Source: Chthonomonadales bacterium
GTDB lineage: Bacteria > Armatimonadota > Chthonomonadetes > Chthonomonadales > Chthonomonadaceae
Direction: 5' to 3'
DNA length: 10,764 nt
NCBI GenBank assembly: GCA_038217285.1
Contig: JBBQPO010000215.1
Coordinates: forward strand, 1 to 10,764
Notes under the pieces: model-generated
What the model was told of the DNA's origin: nothing
What the model saw: only the letters and a program-made list of their open reading frames with translations
The model's database searches: none
Made by a program: the position numbers and the translations under genes
In this document: in pieces, positions 1 to 6,158 of the stretch
Position numbering within the stretch: position 1 is the first letter of the stretch
Layout: each line of letters starts with the position of its first letter

Positions 1-52
1 GGCCTCTTGACGGACAGTCGAGATTAGGGCAAAATGTAGGTTGTGGGTGCAT
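1..52 (-). CDS. 5' fragment of a probable IS1-like transposase (N-terminal Zn-ribbon), runs off the left edge
   Basis: Not in the ORF track. Minus-strand ATG at 52-50 follows a perfect AGGAGG RBS (63-58) and reads MHPQPTFCPNLDCPSRG. This resembles the FCPNxxCPxRG N-terminus I recall from IS1-like transposases. Confidence 0.6.
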   Translation of the reverse strand, partial: MHPQPTFCPNLDCPSRG

Positions 53-139
53 GGAAACCTCCTAAGTTGGATGTGGTAATCAAACTTACGAAGGACATGC
101 CCCACTTTTCACATTTTCACCGTTTGATGCGGTTCTACC
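1..139 (-). mobile_element. Left end of a probable IS1-like insertion sequence; candidate terminal inverted repeat ~118-139
   Basis: Minus strand reads GGTAGAACCGCATCAAACGGTG from 139, a GGT-start end as in the IS1 family, 87 bp upstream of the transposase-like ATG. The partner end lies outside the window. Confidence 0.45.
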
Positions 140-218
140 ACTCCTTCGGTTACCAGGTCATAGATACTGCTTGGCACAGGGCATGCGATCCCGAATGTCG
201 GAAGCGCGAGGTGAGCGA

Positions 219-251
219 CGCCCGTCCGGTGGCAAACCGGCGAACCGGGCG
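219..251 (-). terminator. GC-rich stem-loop downstream of lacI (possible terminator or 3' stabiliser)
   Basis: CGCCCG(219-224)/CGGGCG(246-251) encloses CCGGT-GGCAA-ACCGG, ~30 nt after the lacI stop. There is no U-tract. Confidence 0.3.
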
Positions 252-279
252 ACTTGCGAAGAGCCTCTCCCAGCAGGCT

Positions 280-1299
280 CTAGGGTCCGGACGACTGCCG
301 GATGACCAGGCGCGGCTCCAGCACCGCGTGCTGTTGCGGATGCTCCGGGTTTTGTATGCGCCGCTCCAGAAACTGCCAGGCCAGTTCGGCCATCTCCGGA
401 AGCGGCTGGACGATCGTCGAGATCGGGCAGGGCAGGTATTCCGTGTCTTCGATCCCGTCGCACCCGACCAGGGCAACGTCGTCCGGCACGGAGAGTCCCA
501 GGTCGCAGAGGGCTCTATAGGCGGCGATCGCCAGATCATCGTTGTGGCAGAAGATCGCCCCCGGGCAGCCGTGCGTCTGCATATAGTCGCGCACCGTCTG
601 TCGGGCGTCGGCACGTGCGGAGGTGGGGGATAAGATCACCTCCGGCGGCAGACCGGCCTCCGCCAGGACGGAGAAGTAGCCGTCGTGACGACCATCACCC
701 GGTCGCGAGACGACGTCATGCGTCAGATAGGCGATTCGCCGCCGACCCGTCGTGACCAGATGCTGCACGGCTTCGACGGAAGCAGGACCGAGATTGATGG
801 CGACGTGATCGATGTTCCCAAGAACCAGGGTGCTGCCCGTCGTGACGATTGGTTTCCGGCCTGCAGGACTGCTGCCGACCCGGTCAAGCCAGTTCTGCAC
901 GGCCCCGTGGACGCCATGGGCGATGATGCCATCGACGCCCCAGGGCGCATCGTCCAACGCGCGGTCCTTACCGGACCAGTTGTCCTGGCCACACGTTCTC
1001 ACGACAACCTGATAGGGCTGCCGCTCGATCTGCGCCTCCATGAACTGCGCCACACGTGCATAATACGCCGTCATCAGATGCTGCACCCACAACCCGATGA
1101 AGCCGGTGCGGCCCGTGGCGAGCGCTCGCGCGATCTGGTTGGGCCGATAGCCCAGCTCCCCCGCAACGGCAAAGACCCTCTCTCTGGTTTGAGGAGAGAA
1201 GGCGAGTCCTTTGCCATTCAGGATGCGCGATACCGTTCCCTTGGAAAGATCGAGCTTTGCAGCGACTTCGTTGATATTTGTGGGCACGGTAGCCTTCAT
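280..1299 (-). CDS. LacI/GalR-family transcriptional regulator (339 aa)
   Basis: N-terminal HTH INEVAAKLDLSKGTVSRILN; hinge LGYRPNQIARAL; periplasmic-binding-protein-like domain with AIFCHNDDLA, LGLSVPDDVALVGCDG, ISTIVQP and LVIRQS. Confidence 0.97.
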   Translation of the reverse strand: MKATVPTNINEVAAKLDLSKGTVSRILNGKGLAFSPQTRERVFAVAGELGYRPNQIARALATGRTGFIGLWVQHLMTAYYARVAQFMEAQIERQPYQVVVRTCGQDNWSGKDRALDDAPWGVDGIIAHGVHGAVQNWLDRVGSSPAGRKPIVTTGSTLVLGNIDHVAINLGPASVEAVQHLVTTGRRRIAYLTHDVVSRPGDGRHDGYFSVLAEAGLPPEVILSPTSARADARQTVRDYMQTHGCPGAIFCHNDDLAIAAYRALCDLGLSVPDDVALVGCDGIEDTEYLPCPISTIVQPLPEMAELAWQFLERRIQNPEHPQQHAVLEPRLVIRQSSGP

Positions 1300-1305
1300 C
1301 CATCT

Positions 1306-1340
1306 GGCTTTATGAAACCGGTTTCATAAAGCCGGTTCCA
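1306..1340. promoter_or_regulatory. LacI-family operator: 28-bp perfect palindrome plus an abutting degenerate second site
   Basis: GGCTTTATGAAACC|GGTTTCATAAAGCC (1306-1333). The core TGAAACCGGTTTCA (1313-1326) has the LacI-type central CG. TAAAGCCGGTTCCA (1327-1340) matches the core at 11/14. Confidence 0.85.
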
Positions 1341-1368
1341 TTATAACAGCCGTGGACGTGCGTGTCAA
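1340..1368 (-). promoter_or_regulatory. Sigma70 promoter of lacI
   Basis: Minus strand: TTGACA (1368-1363), 17-bp spacer, TATAAT (1345-1340), with an extended -10 TG. This is the full consensus. Confidence 0.9.
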
Positions 1369-1432
1369 GAGCAGAATTTTGTCTGCTTTGCGGGAACACC
1401 GGCGTCTTCGCGTACCGCCGACGAGGCCGTGA

Positions 1433-1630
1433 GACGATAGTGCGCTGATCATAAGTTACGAAAGAAAGCCCTTCTTCCAGCGCCGCCGACAGAATCACCT
1501 CGTCGGCAGCATCCAGCAGTGCCCCGCCGCGCCAGTCGCGAAGACAACGAATGACGATCTCTGGTTGCTTGGCTTTTACTTGTTTTGCCACACTGGGCGA
1601 GATATGAGCGTCTGTTAAGAAGGCGAGCAT
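1433..1630 (-). pseudogene. Truncated DUF5615-family PIN-like (VapC45-type) toxin
   Basis: MLAFLTDAHIS...AADEVILSAALEEGLSFVTYDQRTIV fits the family for 66 aa. The frame then runs through the lacI promoter/operator to a stop at 1310 with non-homologous-looking residues. The start overlaps the upstream stop (TGATG). Confidence 0.75.
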
Positions 1631-2073
1631 CAGGAGGACGTCTCCCGATACTGCTCTGGAAAAGTGAACACCTGCATGTTGGGAAACAGCCGCTTCAACC
1701 GTTCCTCTCCCATGTCGTTGTCTTGAAGCGCCTGGTCTATCTCTTCGCGATAGGCGTCATAGTAGTTCAGCGCCATTTTTACATTCTCAATCGGACACTG
1801 TAGATATTCGGCGGTACGCCCGGCCTCCATCTCAAAGCCTTGAGCGACCATAATAAACTCCCATACTGCCATGCCCGCCTGCTTGACAAAGGGCTACCGA
1901 CCTACGGAGGTATTGCGGAACTCGATTCCGGAGAAGTCCTCTTCGCGGAGGGCTTCGTCAAGGAGTATGACGCTGGCTCTCGTGCGGGTGATGCCGTTGC
2001 CAAGCATACGGGCAAAGCGATCAATGCGGTTGACCAGTTCATCGGGCAGACGCAGACTTACTGTTTGAGACAT
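1630..2073 (-). pseudogene. RHH + DUF433 (VapB45-type) antitoxin interrupted by an in-frame TAG at 1894-1896
   Basis: Track ORFs 1894..2235 and 1630..1872 are in the same frame, joined by TAG-PFVKQAG. Reconstruction from ATG 2073: MSQTVSLRLPDEL (RHH)...IEFRNTSVGR*PFVKQAGMAVWEFI...ALNYYDAYREEID (DUF433-like), 147 codons. Confidence 0.8.
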
Positions 2074-2298
2074 GGGACAATACTCACTTTCGTTTTCTGA
2101 ACTGTATGTATTGTACGCGATGCAGCGTTTAAAGGCATAGTGGCGTTTTTCGAACGGGAGCAACTTCCGGTGGATCGAGACAGAGCGCAGGAATTCTTCT
2201 GGAGGCAGTGAATACTCTTCTACCTCATCATGCACGGGCTGTCAGGTCACCCCGTGCGTTTTCCTTCCGCAACGCGCATTGACAGGAGATTGTTCTGC

Positions 2299-3291
2299 AT
2301 GACCGATCCGCAGATCGCCCGCTATATCGAGAAGTTGCAGGACGAGGACTGGAACGTCCGCAAGAATGCGGTACTCACCTTAGGAAGGACGGGGGATGCA
2401 GCCGTGGTTCCCGCGCTGGTTGGAAGCCTGCAGGACACGTTTGCGAGCGTTCGCGCAAGCGCGGCGGTCGAGTTAGGGAAGTTGGGAGAGTCCAGTGCCG
2501 TGCCCGGTCTTATTGCGGCGCTGCAGGACGAGGAGTGGATTGTCCGCAAGTACGTTGTCGCAGCGCTGGCGAAGATCGGCGAGCCTGCCGCCATGCTGGC
2601 CCTCTTGGAGAGGCTACAAGACGACCAGTGGAACATTCGTGCGCTCGTCGCCATGGAGTTGGGGAAGCGGGGAGAAATCGCCTCTATTCCCACACTCCTC
2701 CAGATGCTTCAGTCCGAAGATAATAGCATTCAGGTGGAGGTCGCTGCCGTATTGACGCACCTCGGCGTCCCGGCGGTCGCCAGCCTGATCCAGGCCCTGC
2801 ATACCCCTGGCAATCACAGCATGCTCGCGATGGCGCTCGAGAATATGGGCGATTCGCATACGCTTCCGCGCAAGATCCTCTCCGAGAGCCGGCTGTCGGC
2901 TCAAGATCGCATTGTCGTCCTGAAGAAACTACGTGGTCTTCGCTACATAAAGAGCGGGGCGATCGTGCGCTATACCTTCCCGAATACCCGTACGCTTTGC
3001 CGGATCGTCCTGGCGGAAGAGGATGCCGAGGCCAGGGCAGGCGCGCGAACGGTGCTCAATTGGCTCAATGGCGAACGCCATCTTGTTCATGCCTCGCAGC
3101 CCGAAGTCGGAAGCGAATCGCAGAACCTTCTGCGCGCCTCCCTAAACGAAACCTCCGATCCACAGCCCGAAACGCTGCTGCGCCGCGCCGATGAACCGGA
3201 AAACAACGCAGCACCGGTGCCTCCGCATCGCTCACCCTGGAAACGGCTGTTTGGAAAACGCAAGGAGAGCCGTCTTCAGGATCGTAAATAG
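2299..3291 (+). CDS. HEAT-repeat (PBS lyase-like) protein, 330 aa
   Basis: ATG 2299 has an AGGAG RBS upstream. It carries tandem 31-aa units of the form LQDEDWNVRKNAVLTLGRTGDAAVVPALVGS. Confidence 0.92.
   Translation: MTDPQIARYIEKLQDEDWNVRKNAVLTLGRTGDAAVVPALVGSLQDTFASVRASAAVELGKLGESSAVPGLIAALQDEEWIVRKYVVAALAKIGEPAAMLALLERLQDDQWNIRALVAMELGKRGEIASIPTLLQMLQSEDNSIQVEVAAVLTHLGVPAVASLIQALHTPGNHSMLAMALENMGDSHTLPRKILSESRLSAQDRIVVLKKLRGLRYIKSGAIVRYTFPNTRTLCRIVLAEEDAEARAGARTVLNWLNGERHLVHASQPEVGSESQNLLRASLNETSDPQPETLLRRADEPENNAAPVPPHRSPWKRLFGKRKESRLQDRK
2335..2799 (+). repeat. 93-bp period coding repeat (HEAT units)
   Basis: LQD/LQS codons recur at 2335, 2428, 2521, 2614 and 2707. Units 1 and 3 share tgcaggacgagga.tgga..gtccgcaag. 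Confidence 0.85.
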
Positions 3292-3315
3292 TCCCAACGA
3301 CCTCATGTGCGTTGC

Positions 3316-4071
3316 CTAAACCGCAACTGTTGAGTGCCATTCGACAGTAATCGACTGCCTGTACGTGCTCCGAACGTTTAACTGTGAATGCGGATTTTTA
3401 ATGATTCGTGCTGTTGGCTCAGCGATCAAATTGCCAACGACAACGACCCAATAGTTGTCCTGACGAAGTTTCGCTTCCAGCCACTCGCGATCCGTAAACA
3501 AGATATCGCCTTTCGTCTGCTTCATACCTTTCACCTCGAGGGCCCATTCGGGTTTCCCCTGAACTCCGAAGTCGAAGCCGCACGCCAGTTGGCGGCAGTC
3601 GAGAATATTCTGCAAAGGAACCTGAACCAGCGGAAGACATTCTTGTAGAAAGTATTGTTCGGCCCGTCGCCCGGTGAGCAAGCGCTCTGCTACATTATGG
3701 GCCACCTTTGTTACGACCGCCAGAGAATCGATTGCTTCTGCGACGACTTCTTCCTCTCGTTTCAGGATTCGATCTATGAGTTCCATGAGCGCATCGTCTG
3801 TCACATCTTTTAGTTCATCGAGCACTCGCTGACGACTCTGTCGTAAGCTCCGCCGATGCCATCCGCTACGCGAGTTAGGATGGATAGGGTCAAACTCATC
3901 GCGAAGATTTTTAAACGTTGCAGGCGGATCGGAAAGAGCACCTGCCGCTTCCAAAAATGCCTCTTCCCATGTGGCGCAGTGTCGAACTGCAAGATAGATC
4001 CTGTCCAATCGGCTCATTGCGTAGCCAATGACAATCGCCTCTGTATCTAAACGTAAGCGGTTATTCGACAT
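3316..4071 (-). CDS. DUF3883 (NOV_C) PD-(D/E)XK nuclease-like protein, ~251 aa
   Basis: C-terminal TGRRAEQYF...GFDF...LEVKG...FTDREWLEA...YWVVVV is the DUF3883 signature. ATG 4071 is preceded by GAAGGGA; GTG 4101 is an alternative start. Confidence 0.85.
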   Translation of the reverse strand: MSNNRLRLDTEAIVIGYAMSRLDRIYLAVRHCATWEEAFLEAAGALSDPPATFKNLRDEFDPIHPNSRSGWHRRSLRQSRQRVLDELKDVTDDALMELIDRILKREEEVVAEAIDSLAVVTKVAHNVAERLLTGRRAEQYFLQECLPLVQVPLQNILDCRQLACGFDFGVQGKPEWALEVKGMKQTKGDILFTDREWLEAKLRQDNYWVVVVGNLIAEPTARIIKNPHSQLNVRSTYRQSITVEWHSTVAV

Positions 4072-4118
4072 CGTGATCCCTTCTTGGTTGATCGCTCCCA
4101 CAGGCTACGAATACAGGC

Positions 4119-4147
4119 ATAATAACGCGCTTTGGATCTCATGTCAA
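4119..4147 (-). promoter_or_regulatory. Sigma70 promoter of the DUF3883 gene
   Basis: Minus strand: TTGACA (4147-4142), 17-bp spacer, TATTAT (4124-4119). Confidence 0.7.
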
Positions 4148-4183
4148 TCATCTGTCACTGTCAAAATGAGCGAGAGGAAGTGC

Positions 4184-4471
4184 TAATCTTACAACGACGG
4201 CTTACAGCAAGCAGTCATTCTGTCGAGATTGGGTAACTATCCTCGACGGTCTCGAAACAGGCATCAACGGCCACTGTTCGAGATGGGCGTAAGAAACGCG
4301 TCGTTGTAAGACTAATAGAGGCATCAGATAAACCTCGTATCATTCGAGTTTTTCGTCGGAGAGAGTGTGCAAGCCGGACAGTTGTCCGCGAAGGCGGACA
4401 ATCAGCGCGAAGCGCTCTAGCGAAGGAATTCATTCCATCGCGAGATGTGCGGCGTTTATCTGATATGTCTA
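4184..4471 (+). ncRNA. Candidate structured non-coding RNA with two multibranched domains, family unrecognised
   Basis: A 13-bp IR (4187-4199/4299-4311) and an 11-bp IR (4323-4333/4454-4464) each enclose 3-4 internal hairpins. G-U-compatible pairs and a GNRA loop favour the + strand. No convincing CDS overlaps it. Confidence 0.5.
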
Positions 4472-4544
4472 TAAGGGTGTCAATCTAGAACAGCGTATTG
4501 TCTGCCCAAAATATCTGAAACAAGTATACACCGCCTGTCGCTAT

Positions 4545-4596
4545 CGGCTATAATGTCAGGCAAAGCAGGTTCATAAATTTGTGCGGCTATGATGTC
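4545..4596 (+). promoter_or_regulatory. Putative promoter(s) of the 4605 ORF; duplicated -10-containing 13-mer
   Basis: CGGCTATAATGTC (4545-4557) and CGGCTATGATGTC (4584-4596). The -35 is weak (TATACA 4525-4530). Confidence 0.4.
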
Positions 4597-4604
4597 GAGG
4601 ATCT

Positions 4605-4961
4605 ATGCAACAAAATTCACTTGTTCACCAAGCCATCCTTCGGTGGGAAGAAGAGGTTGTCGTGCGCCATGTAGACACGCCGCGCCGTGCTGATGAACTC
4701 GTGGCGGATGTCGTATTTGACGTCCTACAACAACAGGGCCTTATGGAACTACTGGACGCTCTGGAAACCGAAGAAGCGGAAACATTGCGTTCCATTCTCT
4801 TTGCCCATTCCGCCCTGCGATTCCCCAGCGAATGATACCTGTGGTGGGCAACTGCATTGGCAAATGGCTCACCGGTTCTCGACCTTCTCTTCGACCCTAC
4901 CGACTTCGAGCAGGGTCGCTTCTTTGTCAGCTCCATTGATTACGCCGGATCTTTTGCATAA
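4605..4961 (+). pseudogene. Hypothetical acidic protein with an in-frame TGA at 4833-4835 (118 codons if read through; 76 aa otherwise)
   Basis: GAGGA RBS before ATG 4605. After the TGA the same frame continues for 41 protein-like codons (YLWWATALANGSPVLDLLFDPTDFEQGRFFVSSIDYAGSFA) to TAA at 4959-4961. Confidence 0.5.
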
Positions 4962-5144
4962 CCTTTCCGCACTACTGCATTGTCACTTACGCAGTCTCCT
5001 ACACCCCTGTCTCCCGCCGACCGCTGCCTGTTTGAATGGTACTCCACTCTCATCCTGTTAATCGCACTTGCCTTTGAAGTCACTGTCCTGTCCATTTTCC
5101 ATAGATCGCAGGAGTTGGCAGGGAAGGCGGCGAATGTGAGGGGC

Positions 5145-6158
5145 ATGGAACCAAAAGGCTATGTCTGTTATCGGGCGGCGCAACCTATCGAGATCGACGG
5201 CGACATCACGAAAGCGGTCTGGCAGGCGGCGGCGTGGACCGACGACTTCGTGGACATCGAAGGCGACCGGAAACCCCTGCCACGCTTCCGAACGCGCGCC
5301 AAAATGCTCTGGGATGATCGCTATTTCTATATCGCCGTCGAGATGGAGGAGCCGCACGTCTGGGGCACCCTGATGGAGCGCGACACCGTTATCTTTCAGG
5401 ACAACGATTTCGAACTGTTCATCGACCCCGATGGCGACAATCATCTCTACTATGAGCTGGAGGTCAACGCGCTCAACACGGTCTGGGATCTGCTCATGGC
5501 GAAGCCCTACCGGGACGGCGGGCCTGCTATCAACGGCTGGGACATCGCCGGGCTTCAAACGGCGGTGCAGGTGCAGGGCACGCTGAACGATCCCACAGAT
5601 ACCGATACCGGCTGGACAGTGGAGATCGCGCTGCCGTGGAAGGCGCTCAAAGAGTGCGCGTCACGCCCTGCGCCGCCGCAGCATGGCGATCAGTGGCGAG
5701 TGAACTTTTCGCGGGTCGAGTGGCAGACCGAGATCGTTGAGGGCGCCTATCGCAAGGTGGCAGGAACCTGCGAGGACAACTGGGTCTGGTCGCCGCAGGG
5801 CGTCGTCGATATGCACCGCCCGGAGCACTGGGGCTATGTCCAGTTTTCGACCGACACGGTAGGGACGACTCCCTTCCTGCCGGATCCGGCGGAGTGTGCG
5901 CGTCAACAGTTGATCCGGGCCTACTATCTCCAGCGCGCCTACTACATGGAGCAGGGGCGGTATGCGACAGACTGGTCCGAACTGAGCGAGGGTGGGCAGG
6001 ACGCGAGCGTCGAACCACTGCGCCTGGAGACGACCTCGGTCGGTTTTGTGGTGGGGGCGACAGTGACGTTGCCGGACGACTCCCGAGAGCGATGGTGGAT
6101 AGACGAGTATTCCCGTCTCTGGTCGGAGCGAAAAAAACAGCAAGAGGAGACGTCATGA
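5145..6158 (+). CDS. Carbohydrate-binding family 9-like (DOMON-like) protein, ~337 aa
   Basis: GAGGGG RBS before ATG 5145. Motifs: PIEIDG..W..AAWTDDFVDIEG, TRAKMLWDDRYFY, IFQDNDFELFIDPDGD...YYELEVNALNTVWDL, WTVEIALPW, WRVNFSRVEW, NWVWSPQG..DMHRPEHWGYVQFS. Confidence 0.92.
   Translation: MEPKGYVCYRAAQPIEIDGDITKAVWQAAAWTDDFVDIEGDRKPLPRFRTRAKMLWDDRYFYIAVEMEEPHVWGTLMERDTVIFQDNDFELFIDPDGDNHLYYELEVNALNTVWDLLMAKPYRDGGPAINGWDIAGLQTAVQVQGTLNDPTDTDTGWTVEIALPWKALKECASRPAPPQHGDQWRVNFSRVEWQTEIVEGAYRKVAGTCEDNWVWSPQGVVDMHRPEHWGYVQFSTDTVGTTPFLPDPAECARQQLIRAYYLQRAYYMEQGRYATDWSELSEGGQDASVEPLRLETTSVGFVVGATVTLPDDSRERWWIDEYSRLWSERKKQQEETS

Noticed and set aside
172-186. Sigma54-like TGGCAC-N5-ATGC on the + strand
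   Set aside because: The -12 has a mismatch, and it points at the lacI 3' end with no credible downstream gene.
685-1630. Two opposite-strand ORFs both ending GFMKPVS
   Set aside because: This is an artefact of reading through the 28-bp palindrome from either side.
2074-2298. N-terminal extensions of track ORFs 1894..2235 and 2230..3291
   Set aside because: Family resemblance or the RBS points to starts at 2073 and 2299; the extensions look intergenic.
3292-3316. Integron attC-like CAAC...GTTG between convergent stops
   Set aside because: It is far too short for an attC, and there are no L boxes, cassette array or integrase.
4187-4311. Retron msr-msd (terminal IRs with a G after the first arm)
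   Set aside because: There is no reverse transcriptase in the window and no long msd hairpin. It cannot be supported here, though an orphan is not excluded.
4357-4405. Glycine riboswitch resemblance (GGAGAGAG...CGAAGG)
   Set aside because: The conserved CUCUCAGG 3' element is absent, CGAAGG lies in a strong local hairpin, and no glycine-related gene follows.
4215-4433. 72-aa minus-strand ORF across the structured region
   Set aside because: It has no clear RBS, is Arg/Ser-rich with no motif, and the region is better explained by base-pairing.
4300-4471. Group I intron-like words (AGACTA, AATCAGC, GATATGTCT)
   Set aside because: The order is inconsistent with P-Q-R-S and no interrupted host gene is evident.
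1894-4835. Stop-codon reassignment to explain the in-frame TAG and TGA
   Set aside because: TAG ends the lacI, HEAT, DUF3883, PhyH and SDR genes, and TGA ends the CBM9-like and abrB genes, all at natural C-termini.
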